From NCBI GenBank assembly GCA_051866635.1, contig JBJDXJ010000026.1:1-64000 (forward strand): a stretch of 64,000 nucleotides of DNA, read 5' to 3'. Origin of the DNA: Clostridia bacterium (GTDB lineage Bacteria > Bacillota > Clostridia > UMGS1883). Positions 8,794 through 17,276 of the stretch are shown piece after piece. The position numbers were made by a program, and so were the translations under genes. Position 1 is the first letter of the stretch. Each line of letters begins with the position of its first letter. Under the pieces are notes generated by a model, which was not told the origin of the DNA, ran no database searches, and worked only from the letters and a program-made list of their open reading frames with translations.

Positions 8794-9210
8794 TTATCCC
8801 TGTAATTTGCCTAAAACAAGATCCGCAAGAGTGACACTTTCAAGGTAATTATCAATAACGCTGTCAAGACCCTGCCATAAAGGCAGAGTCTTACAGCTTG
8901 CTTCGTTAATACATGTATTTGGCTTACAGTCAAGACAGCTTACGGGAGTAAGTGACCCTTCTGTTATTTTCAGGATGCTTCCCACAGTATATTCTTCAGG
9001 CTTTTTTGAGAGCTTATACCCACCGCCTTTGCCACGGACACCTATTAATATATTTGACTTTGTAAGAGGTGCAATAATACTTTCAAGGTATTTTTCGCTT
9101 ATATTCTGTCTTTTTGCAATATCATCAAGTTTGATAAAATCACAACTGTTTTGTTCTGCTATATCAATCATAACTTTTAGGGCATATCTGCCACGTGATG
9201 TGATTTTCAT
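8794..9210 (-). CDS. Rrf2-family regulator (IscR-like)
   Basis: GRYAL, ISEKYLE, RGKGGGY wing; three Cys in C-X5-C-X5-C spacing (SCLDCKPNTCINEASC). Confidence 0.9.
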   Translation of the reverse strand: MKITSRGRYALKVMIDIAEQNSCDFIKLDDIAKRQNISEKYLESIIAPLTKSNILIGVRGKGGGYKLSKKPEEYTVGSILKITEGSLTPVSCLDCKPNTCINEASCKTLPLWQGLDSVIDNYLESVTLADLVLGKLQG

Positions 9211-9236
9211 ATTATCGCTCCCTTCTTTGTATATTT

Positions 9237-10367
9237 TTAAACTCTTTGTGAAAAAGCCTCAATCTTTTCTCTCTTAAATTCACCGAATGTACCATTGTCA
9301 AGATTATCCCTTATTTCTTGCATAAGATTATTGTAAAAATGAAGATTATGCAATACACAAAGCCTCATTCCAAGCATCTCCTTTGCTTTGAACAAATGCC
9401 TGATATAGCTACGGGAATAGTTTTTGCAAGCCGGACACTGACAACCTTCCATTAAAGGCTTATCGTCCTTGGCAAACTTATTATTGTTAAGATTTAAAAC
9501 TCCCTTGTCCGTAAATAAATTGGCATGCCTTGCGTTACGGCTTGTTATAACACAGTCAAAAAAGTCAATACCGCGGTCTACTGCTTCCAATATATTTATT
9601 GGTGTACCGACACCCATAAGATACCTTGGTTTATCCTTAGGCATATAGGGTTCCACCGCATCAATAATCCTATACATTTCATCGGCACTTTCACCTACTG
9701 CCAAACCACCTATGGCATATCCGGGCAAATCAAGTTTTGCAATTTCCTTCATATGCCATATTCTTAGATCTTCATAAGTGCCGCCCTGGTTAATTCCCCA
9801 AAGCATCTGATGGGGATTAACTGTATCAGGAAGGGAATTAAGCCTTTCCATTTCCTTTTTACACCTTACAAGCCAGCGGTATGTTCTTTCGCAAGAGTCC
9901 TTTACGTATTTATAGGGTGAAGGATTTTCAATACATTCATCAAAAGCCATGGCAATTGTAGAACCTAAGTTTGACTGAATTTGCATACTTTCCTCAGGTC
10001 CCATAAAAATCCTTTTACCGTCAATATGCGACTGAAACTGAACGCCCTCTTCCGTAATTTTTCTGAGCTTTGCAAGGCTGAAAACCTGAAATCCGCCACT
10101 GTCGGTGAGTATTGGTCTGTCCCAATTCATGAATTTATGAAGTCCGCCCATTTCTTTTATCAAATCATCTCCGGGACGGATGTGAAGATGATATGTGTTA
10201 GAAAGCTCAACCTGACAGCCCACTTCCTTTAAATCAAGGCTTGATACCGCACCCTTTATTGCCGCACTTGTGCCCACGTTCATAAATACAGGTGTCTGTA
10301 CGGTGCCATGTACTGTTTCAAACTGCCCGCGTCTTGCTTTTCCTTCCTGCTTTAATAATGTATACAT
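9237..10367 (-). CDS. tgt: tRNA-guanine transglycosylase (bacterial, preQ1-inserting type)
   Basis: TPVFM, TDSGGFQ, FDEC, GGLAVGE, YLMGVG, CQCPAC..H zinc site. Start at ATG 10367. Confidence 0.96.
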   Translation of the reverse strand: MYTLLKQEGKARRGQFETVHGTVQTPVFMNVGTSAAIKGAVSSLDLKEVGCQVELSNTYHLHIRPGDDLIKEMGGLHKFMNWDRPILTDSGGFQVFSLAKLRKITEEGVQFQSHIDGKRIFMGPEESMQIQSNLGSTIAMAFDECIENPSPYKYVKDSCERTYRWLVRCKKEMERLNSLPDTVNPHQMLWGINQGGTYEDLRIWHMKEIAKLDLPGYAIGGLAVGESADEMYRIIDAVEPYMPKDKPRYLMGVGTPINILEAVDRGIDFFDCVITSRNARHANLFTDKGVLNLNNNKFAKDDKPLMEGCQCPACKNYSRSYIRHLFKAKEMLGMRLCVLHNLHFYNNLMQEIRDNLDNGTFGEFKREKIEAFSQRV

Positions 10368-10397
10368 AGAAATCTCCTTAACGTAATATCTTGTTAC

Positions 10398-10426
10398 ATT
10401 ATATATAAAAGCCCGTCTTTTGTCAA
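10398..10426 (-). promoter_or_regulatory. Consensus sigma-A promoter for tgt
   Basis: TTGACA-17-TATAAT on the minus strand. Confidence 0.75.
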
Positions 10427-10453
10427 CTGACAACACCTGTGTTTGTTACATAG

Positions 10454-10735
10454 TCATTTTACTGCACTTCCCTTTCTGTCATAGCTTCTGTTTATAAAGT
10501 AAACCACAATATTTATAATTACCATTACAAGATTTATTCCGTATACAATCAACACATAATTAAAGTTATGTGTACAAAACTTTGCCGATATACCTGCAAT
10601 ATATCCTATTGTTATCATCATTATAAAACCAAGGCTCATGGACTTTGCCGTCTTTGCCTTTATGTTTTTATAAACTGATATAGGCCATGAAAGCCCAAAA
10701 CATACAAGCATCACCGTTTCTAAAATTTCTGCCAT
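10454..10735 (-). CDS. Small 3-TM PQ-loop/SemiSWEET-like membrane protein
   Basis: 93 aa with three hydrophobic helices; CFGLSWP...K.AKSMS pattern of PQ-loop-like families; GGGGG RBS. Confidence 0.65.
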   Translation of the reverse strand: MAEILETVMLVCFGLSWPISVYKNIKAKTAKSMSLGFIMMITIGYIAGISAKFCTHNFNYVLIVYGINLVMVIINIVVYFINRSYDRKGSAVK

Positions 10736-10858
10736 AATTATCCCCCTAAATTTACATTATTTGTCCGAACAATGTCATTATACAATTGACAATTGATAAA
10801 ATCAAATATATAATATTTATGTAATTAATAACTTATATTTATGAAAAGAGTGGTATAT

Positions 10859-11737
10859 ATGGAACTTACACAGATACGGTATTTCCTCGAAGCCGCACAA
10901 ACACAGCACATAACAAAAAGTGCCGACAAACTGCACATAGCACAGCCGGCACTTACAAAATCAATACACAATCTTGAAAAGGAATTAAATGTCCCTCTTT
11001 TCACAAGAAAAGGCAGGAATGTTATTTTAACACCATACGGTCAGCTTCTTAAAGAAAGACTCCTCCCCCTTATTAATTCAATTGACAACCTTTCTGAGGA
11101 GTTTCATCATATGACTCAAACCGAAAATCACACAATCCGTCTTTTGGTTTTAGCCGCTTCAACCATAATTACTCAGGCAATTATCGAATATAAAAAGAAA
11201 TATCCCAACATCAATTTCCACGTTTTGCAAAATCCCGAAAACGAGCTTTTTGATATTGAGATAACAACAAATCTTTTTTATAATAAAACGCCTTCTGATA
11301 ACATATTTGTCTGCTCAGAGGACATATTTTTAGCAGTCCCCAACAATGAAAAATATAAAGATATCGAAAGTATAGACCTTTACGATACAAAGACGGAAGG
11401 CTTTATATCCCTGTTCGGTTCAAAACAGCTCCGCACTATCTGTGACAAATTCTGCCGTCACGCAGGCTTCGAACCAAATATTATTTTTGAAAGTGACAGC
11501 CCCGATGCAGTAAAGAATATGATAGGTGCCAATTTGGGGATAGGCTTTTGGCCCCAGTTTACATGGGGAAAAGTAAATAACAGCCAGATTAAACTTTTAA
11601 AAATTACAAATCCAATCTGCAAAAGGGATATAATCATAACACATAAAAGCATAAAAAAGGATAATACCCACACAGAAAACTTTTACAAATTCTTACGCCA
11701 ATACATAGAGGATGCAAAATCGGCAGGGGCAGTTTAG
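10859..11737 (+). CDS. LysR-family transcriptional regulator
   Basis: N-terminal HTH (ITKSADKLHIAQPALTKSIHNLEKEL, LFTRKGR, LTPYG); divergent from the PQ-loop gene. Confidence 0.92.
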   Translation: MELTQIRYFLEAAQTQHITKSADKLHIAQPALTKSIHNLEKELNVPLFTRKGRNVILTPYGQLLKERLLPLINSIDNLSEEFHHMTQTENHTIRLLVLAASTIITQAIIEYKKKYPNINFHVLQNPENELFDIEITTNLFYNKTPSDNIFVCSEDIFLAVPNNEKYKDIESIDLYDTKTEGFISLFGSKQLRTICDKFCRHAGFEPNIIFESDSPDAVKNMIGANLGIGFWPQFTWGKVNNSQIKLLKITNPICKRDIIITHKSIKKDNTHTENFYKFLRQYIEDAKSAGAV

Positions 11738-11740
11738 TAA

Positions 11741-11834
11741 AATTAATAATTAATAATGAATGATGAATAATTTCGGAAAATTTTCGCTTCTAATGCGAAA
11801 ATTCACAATAATTATTAATTATTCATTATTCAGT
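11741..11834. repeat. Inverted arrays of AT-rich heptamers around a central hairpin
   Basis: AATTAAT AATTAAT AATGAAT GATGAAT ... ATTAATT ATTCATT ATTCAGT, with inner AATTTTCGC/GCGAAAATT; lies between convergent lysR and queA. Confidence 0.65.
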
Positions 11835-11858
11835 CTTCATTTGTTTATTGGATTTCCA

Positions 11859-12887
11859 TTATCCAATAAACATCGCGTCGCCGAAAGAGAAAAATCTATA
11901 TCGTTCCCCAACTGCAGTTTTATATGCGTTAAGTATTGTTTCCTTACTTGAAAGGGCACTTACCAGCATAATAAGAGTCGACTTGGGAAGATGGAAGTTT
12001 GTAATGAGTGCATTAGTTATTTTGAACTTATATCCGGGATAGATAAATATATCCGTCCAGCCTGATTTTGCCTCAAGCCGTCCGTTTTCAGCGGCACTTT
12101 CCAGCGTTCTGCAACTTGTTGTACCTACGGCGATTATTCTTCCGCCGTTATCTATAGTATCATTGACTGTTTTTGCACATTCTTCCGTTACCACATAAAA
12201 CTCAGAATGCATTTTATGTTCTTCTACATTATCAACCTTAACGGGTCTGAAGGTGCCAAGCCCCACATGAAGTGTAAGAAATGCTAATTTTACGCCCATG
12301 TCCTCAATTTCCTTCAAAAGCTCCGGAGTAAAATGCAGTCCCGCTGTAGGTGCCGCGGCACTGCCTTCATGTACAGAATATACTGTCTGATACATTTCCT
12401 TGTTCTCCAGCTTTTCAGTAATATATGGCGGAAGAGGCATTTCACCCAGTTCATCAAGTACGTTTTCAAACAAGCCTTCGTACTCAAATTCCACAATACG
12501 GTTGCCGCTTTCTAAAACTTCCTTAACTTCGGCAATAAGCTTACCGTCACCAAAAACAAACCTTGCCCCTTCTTTGGCTTTTCTGCCGGGTTTTAATATA
12601 ACTTCCCATACATTCGTGCTTTTACGTGTAAGAAGCAAAAATTCAATAGCACCGCCCGTATTCTCCTTCACACCGTACAGACGTGCAGGAATAACTCTTG
12701 TATCATTTAAAACAAGACAGTCGCCCTTTTTAAGGTATTTTTTAATGTTGTAAAAATAATCGTGTCCTATTTGTCCGTCTTCTTTACCAACAGTCATGAG
12801 CCTTGCCGCAGCTCTGTCCTCCAAGGGGTGCTGTGCAATAAGCTCCTGGGGAAGATAATAATCAAATTCTTCTGTTGTCATAGTCAT
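11859..12887 (-). CDS. queA: S-adenosylmethionine:tRNA ribosyltransferase-isomerase
   Basis: [62 protein letters not shown]. Confidence 0.96.
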   Translation of the reverse strand: MTMTTEEFDYYLPQELIAQHPLEDRAAARLMTVGKEDGQIGHDYFYNIKKYLKKGDCLVLNDTRVIPARLYGVKENTGGAIEFLLLTRKSTNVWEVILKPGRKAKEGARFVFGDGKLIAEVKEVLESGNRIVEFEYEGLFENVLDELGEMPLPPYITEKLENKEMYQTVYSVHEGSAAAPTAGLHFTPELLKEIEDMGVKLAFLTLHVGLGTFRPVKVDNVEEHKMHSEFYVVTEECAKTVNDTIDNGGRIIAVGTTSCRTLESAAENGRLEAKSGWTDIFIYPGYKFKITNALITNFHLPKSTLIMLVSALSSKETILNAYKTAVGERYRFFSFGDAMFIG

Positions 12888-12932
12888 TTATCAGCCCTTT
12901 GTTAATTATATATAATATAGGTAATGTATTTT

Positions 12933-14219
12933 TCAATTTATAGTGATGTCAGTGAAATAGAAATTCAATATATCTTTATATGTATATCCCATTTTTGCCA
13001 TGGAATACGCACCCCACTGACTCATACCAACCCTGTGTCCCCATCCGTGACCGTTAAATGTATATTGGTCATAGCCTTCGGTATTTGTTAATATTGGCGG
13101 ATATGAAAAAAATTTAATACCCGTGCTTGTAAGGTAACTTTCAGGTCTTTCCACAAAACTTACCCCACTTGAGCTTAACACATAATAACTTTCTGCAACA
13201 GAATTTTGCTGAAAAAGTGAGTTTGATGATTTTTCGATTGTATATGTCTGACTATTGAGTGACAATGTGGTTCTTGCCTGGGACTTTGTAATAGTTTTGT
13301 TGCCCAAAGTGCCCACAAAAGTCATTTTCATAACACTTTGATTTGCACTTACTTCGTCAATTGTAATATCTAAAAGATTGCCTATATTAATACCTTTACT
13401 TGCAAGAATCTGTTCAATTTCGGTTTTTGTATAACTTTTGGACCAATTATACTTTGTTGCATACTGAGGGCTTTCGTATATATCCTGCTTTCCCCTAAGA
13501 TACCCCTCACTACTGACCCAGACGTTTTCGCTGTCTTCTGTATATCCGCCGTCACAGGAGAAATAGTACAAAGGCACTATTCTTCCGTTATACAAAACAG
13601 TTACACCCTTTGTTTCCTCTGCCGCTTTTCTTGTGCTTTCAGCTTCACTTTCAACACCGCCGTAAACCTGACAGTCAATGGTTGCACATAAATCAAACCC
13701 ATTACCTGTATGCTTGTTTCTGATTGTGAAAGCGTAATTTCTGGCACATACAGCCTGTGCCTTTAATGCTTCAATAGGCCATGATGCACTCATCTCCTTG
13801 CCAAGCACACTCGCCACGTAGTCTTCTGTATTTACAATATTTATTACGGTCAACAAATTGTTTTGGTTTCTTATTTCAAAAACACCCTTGTAACCCTTGT
13901 TGTTATATTTCATAACGGAGTCACTTTCAAGCCTTATAACATTACTGCCTGAAAAATAGTCTGATGTTACCAAACCGTTTAAGGCAGTTATATTGACATT
14001 TGTATATGCAGGTATAGTTGTTATATAGGAATAATATACACCATCATACACATTAATATCACTTTGCGAATAAAAGGTCGCATTACTTAACGCACTTTCA
14101 CCGTAATTCAAACCGATACGCAGTGTTTCTTTATAGTCTGATGCTTCTGTAGAAACACCAATTGACAAAATCATTATTATAGCAATAACAACAGCTGTTA
14201 CCCTTTTCATACCAGCCAT
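12933..14219 (-). CDS. SpoIID/LytB domain peptidoglycan lytic transglycosylase
   Basis: Signal peptide; EM.ASWPIEALKAQAV.AR, CQVY, GHGWGHRVGMSQWGA, ILNFYF. Confidence 0.9.
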   Translation of the reverse strand: MAGMKRVTAVVIAIIMILSIGVSTEASDYKETLRIGLNYGESALSNATFYSQSDINVYDGVYYSYITTIPAYTNVNITALNGLVTSDYFSGSNVIRLESDSVMKYNNKGYKGVFEIRNQNNLLTVINIVNTEDYVASVLGKEMSASWPIEALKAQAVCARNYAFTIRNKHTGNGFDLCATIDCQVYGGVESEAESTRKAAEETKGVTVLYNGRIVPLYYFSCDGGYTEDSENVWVSSEGYLRGKQDIYESPQYATKYNWSKSYTKTEIEQILASKGINIGNLLDITIDEVSANQSVMKMTFVGTLGNKTITKSQARTTLSLNSQTYTIEKSSNSLFQQNSVAESYYVLSSSGVSFVERPESYLTSTGIKFFSYPPILTNTEGYDQYTFNGHGWGHRVGMSQWGAYSMAKMGYTYKDILNFYFTDITIN

Positions 14220-14316
14220 CCTTTCAATTATTTCTGAGGTGAAAAACTCCTTTTATCATACTATCATACTTCGACAAAAAATTCTACCCCCAATTTGAAA
14301 ATATGTCAAATTTTAT

Positions 14317-14345
14317 TTGACATTAATGGCTCAAGATGGTATTAT
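14317..14345 (+). promoter_or_regulatory. sigma-A promoter for asd-dapA-dapB
   Basis: TTGACA-17-TATTAT with TG upstream of the -10 box. Confidence 0.65.
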
Positions 14346-14402
14346 ATACGAAAGACTCTAAAGACTCTTGGAAATCAAATCATATTAAAGGTAGTGTTAG
14401 AA

Positions 14403-15401
14403 ATGAACAAGAAATTAACAGTAGCCGTTGTTGGTGCAACAGGCATGGTAGGCAGAACTTTCCTTAAGGTTCTTGAAGAAAAGAAGCTTCCTGTAGAAAC
14501 ATATTATCTCTTTGCTTCTAAAAAGAGTGCAGGCAGCAAAATAACCTTTATGGGCAAAGAATATGTTGTTGAAGAATTGACAGAAACATCCTTTGACCGT
14601 GGTATTGACATTGCTCTTTTCTCCGCAGGTGGTTCCACAAGTGAAAAGTTTGCTCCTATCGCTGCTTCTAAGGGCTGCATTGTAATAGATAACTCCTCTG
14701 CATGGAGAATGGATAAAGAGGTTCCTCTTGTAGTTCCCGAAGTTAACCCCGAAGATATTAAGTGGAATAAGGGTATTATTGCAAACCCCAACTGTTCTAC
14801 AATTCAGGCAATGGTTGCTCTTAAGCCTCTTGATGACAAGTATAAAATCAAAAGAGTGGTATATTCTACATACCAGGCTGTTTCCGGTGCAGGTGTAGGC
14901 GGTTGGAACGATTTGGAAAACGGTCTTAAAGGCGAAGCACCCAAGAAGTTCCCCCATCCCATCGCAGGCAACTGTCTGCCTCACATTGACGTTTTCCTTC
15001 CTAACGGTTACACTAAGGAAGAAGAAAAGATGATTAACGAAACAAGAAAGATTTTGAATAGACCCGACATGAAGATTACTGCTACAACAGTACGTGTTCC
15101 CGTATTTAACAGTCACAGTGAATCTATCAATGTTGAATTTGAAAAACCTTTTGATCTTGACGAACTTCGTGAAGTTCTTAAGAATGCTCCCGGCGTAATT
15201 GTTCAGGACGACACAGATAATAATGTATACCCCATGGCAATCACTGCTACAGGTACTGATGAAACTTACGTAGGCAGAATCAGACGCGACGAAAGCGTTG
15301 AGAACGGTGTAAACCTTTGGGTTGTTGCCGATAACATCAGAAAAGGTGCTGCTTCAAATGCAGTTCAGATTGCTGAAAAGCTTATTGAATACATGAACTA
15401 A
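14403..15401 (+). CDS. asd: Aspartate-semialdehyde dehydrogenase
   Basis: GATGMVG, DNSSAWRM, NPNCST catalytic Cys, YQAVSGAG, DNIRKGAA. Confidence 0.96.
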   Translation: MNKKLTVAVVGATGMVGRTFLKVLEEKKLPVETYYLFASKKSAGSKITFMGKEYVVEELTETSFDRGIDIALFSAGGSTSEKFAPIAASKGCIVIDNSSAWRMDKEVPLVVPEVNPEDIKWNKGIIANPNCSTIQAMVALKPLDDKYKIKRVVYSTYQAVSGAGVGGWNDLENGLKGEAPKKFPHPIAGNCLPHIDVFLPNGYTKEEEKMINETRKILNRPDMKITATTVRVPVFNSHSESINVEFEKPFDLDELREVLKNAPGVIVQDDTDNNVYPMAITATGTDETYVGRIRRDESVENGVNLWVVADNIRKGAASNAVQIAEKLIEYMN

Positions 15402-15425
15402 AATCATTAAGAAAGGATTATTGCT

Positions 15426-16316
15426 ATGACAAATAAGCCTATTTTCACAGGTTCCGGTGTTGCTCTCGTAACACCTTTCAACCCGGATTTCTCAATTGAT
15501 TTTGACACATTGGGCAAGTTGGTTGAATATCAGATTGAAAACGGCACAGACGCAATTATTGCATGCGGTACTACGGGCGAAAGTGCTACTTTAGATGATA
15601 AAGAGCATTTAAGTGTTGTTGAATACGTCATTAAAAAGGTTGATGGCAGAATTCCTGTTATAGCCGGCACAGGCAGTAATGATACACGTCACGGTGTTGC
15701 ACTTTGCAGAGAAGCTGCCGCATTGGGTGCTGACGCACTTCTTACCGTTACTCCTTACTACAATAAAACAAGCCAGCGTGGTTTAATAAAGCATTTTGAG
15801 CTTATGGCATCTGCATCTGATTGTCCTATGATTGTTTATAATGTTCCAAGCAGAACAGGTTTGAATGTTCTTCCTGAAACAATGGTTGAGCTTAGTAAGC
15901 ACGAAAACATCGTAGGCATCAAGGAAGCAAGCGGTAATCTTTCTCAAGTGGCAAAGCTCGCTTCCCTTGTAGGTGATAAAATTGATATCTATTCAGGTAA
16001 TGATGACCAGAATGTTCCTATCTTGTCCCTTGGCGGTGTAGGTACAATTTCTGTACTTGCCAATGTTGCACCTCGTAAGACTCACGATATGATTGCTTCT
16101 TTCCTGAACGGCGATGTGGAAACTGCAAGAAAACTTCAGCTTGAAGCAATAGAGCTTTGTGATGCTCTCTTCTGTGAAACTAATCCCATTCCCGTAAAGA
16201 AAGCATGTGAACTTTTGGGTCTTTGCCCCGGAACGCTCAGAATGCCTCTTTATGAGATTTCAGATAAAAATCAGGAAGTACTTAAGAAGGCTATGTTAAA
16301 TTACGGCATTTTATAA
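15426..16316 (+). CDS. dapA: 4-hydroxy-tetrahydrodipicolinate synthase
   Basis: GTTGE, PYYNK, YNVPSRTG, GIKEASG. Confidence 0.96.
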   Translation: MTNKPIFTGSGVALVTPFNPDFSIDFDTLGKLVEYQIENGTDAIIACGTTGESATLDDKEHLSVVEYVIKKVDGRIPVIAGTGSNDTRHGVALCREAAALGADALLTVTPYYNKTSQRGLIKHFELMASASDCPMIVYNVPSRTGLNVLPETMVELSKHENIVGIKEASGNLSQVAKLASLVGDKIDIYSGNDDQNVPILSLGGVGTISVLANVAPRKTHDMIASFLNGDVETARKLQLEAIELCDALFCETNPIPVKKACELLGLCPGTLRMPLYEISDKNQEVLKKAMLNYGIL

Positions 16317-16329
16317 TTTTAAATTTTAT

Positions 16330-16370
16330 CCTTACAAAAACACAGATGTACAATCTGTGTTTTTGTGAGG
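16330..16370 (+). terminator. Intercistronic 18-bp hairpin between dapA and dapB (partial terminator or stabiliser)
   Basis: CCTTACAAAAACACAGAT-gtaca-ATCTGTGTTTTTGTGAGG. Confidence 0.5.
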
Positions 16371-16397
16371 TTTACCCTACCGAAAGGATTGTTACCA

Positions 16398-17159
16398 ATG
16401 ACAAAAATTTTATTAAGCGGATGTAGCGGCAAAATGGGCAGAGTAATCGTTGCTCTTGCTCAGAATTATGAAAACTGCGAAATCGTCGGAGGCATTGATT
16501 TAGTGGACGATGGTACGCTTTCATTTCCTGTTTTTTCATCACCTGATAAAGTTAATGTGGAAAGTGACGTAATAATTGACTTTTCCCATCCCTCTTGCCT
16601 CGAAGGCATTATAAATTACGGTGCAGAAAATAAAATCCCTGTAGTTGTATGTACAACAGGTTTAAGCCTTGAACAGAAGAACTTTATTTATGAAAAGTCA
16701 AAATTTGTTGCTATTTTCTTCTCTGCAAATATGAGCCTCGGTGTTAACCTTATGGCAGATTTAGCAAAGAAAGCCACAATGGTTTTGGAAGATAAGTTTG
16801 ACATAGAGATTGTTGAAGCACATCACAACCGTAAATTGGATGCACCCAGCGGGACTGCTTTATATATTGCAGATTCTATAAATGAAGTCTGCAAGGAATG
16901 TAAAGAGTACGTATATGACCGTCACAGTGTCCGTAAAAAGCGTGAAAAGCAAGAAATAGGTATTCATGCAATCCGTGGCGGCACTATAGTCGGTGAGCAT
17001 ACTGTTATTTTTGCCGGTAACGATGAAATTATTGAAATTAAACACACTGCTCTTTCACGTGATGTTTTTGCAGAGGGTGCAATTTCAGCGGCAGTATTCT
17101 TAGAAGGAAAAACACCGGGTATGTATGACATGAACGATTTAATCGCTTCTAAAAACTAA
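16398..17159 (+). CDS. dapB: 4-hydroxy-tetrahydrodipicolinate reductase
   Basis: GCSGKMG, IDFS, CTTG, EAHHNRKLDAPSGTA, GEHTV. Confidence 0.95.
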   Translation: MTKILLSGCSGKMGRVIVALAQNYENCEIVGGIDLVDDGTLSFPVFSSPDKVNVESDVIIDFSHPSCLEGIINYGAENKIPVVVCTTGLSLEQKNFIYEKSKFVAIFFSANMSLGVNLMADLAKKATMVLEDKFDIEIVEAHHNRKLDAPSGTALYIADSINEVCKECKEYVYDRHSVRKKREKQEIGIHAIRGGTIVGEHTVIFAGNDEIIEIKHTALSRDVFAEGAISAAVFLEGKTPGMYDMNDLIASKN

Positions 17160-17198
17160 TTAATTTTGCTATTAAATTATCTGTATTTATACGGATTT

Positions 17199-17265
17199 AA
17201 TATATTTATACGCCTTACCGGCCCACGGTAAGATTAAGCGTTTAAAATATTCGTGGGCAGAAAGG
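17199..17265 (+). ncRNA. Candidate cis-regulatory pseudoknot in the pfl 5' leader
   Basis: Stem CTTACC/GGTAAG extended by ACGC/GCGT. Loop GCCCAC is complementary to GTGGGC (17253-17258), directly before the AGAAAGG RBS. Confidence 0.55.
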
Positions 17266-17276
17266 TTTTGATTCAA

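Noticed and set aside
11760-12042. Short plus-strand ORFs 11760-11951 and 11848-12042
   Set aside because: They derive from the heptamer repeat and the antisense strand of queA, and have no RBS.
14346-14402. Lysine riboswitch, or significance of the AAAGACTCT tandem duplication before asd
   Set aside because: The leader is only ~55 nt, far too short for an L-box, and a single 9-bp duplication is not distinguishable from chance.
17160-17276. ZMP/ZTP (pfl) riboswitch
   Set aside because: Lacks the GACUGGCG junction and the CGCC-loop P3 hairpin. Reported instead as an unclassified pseudoknot.
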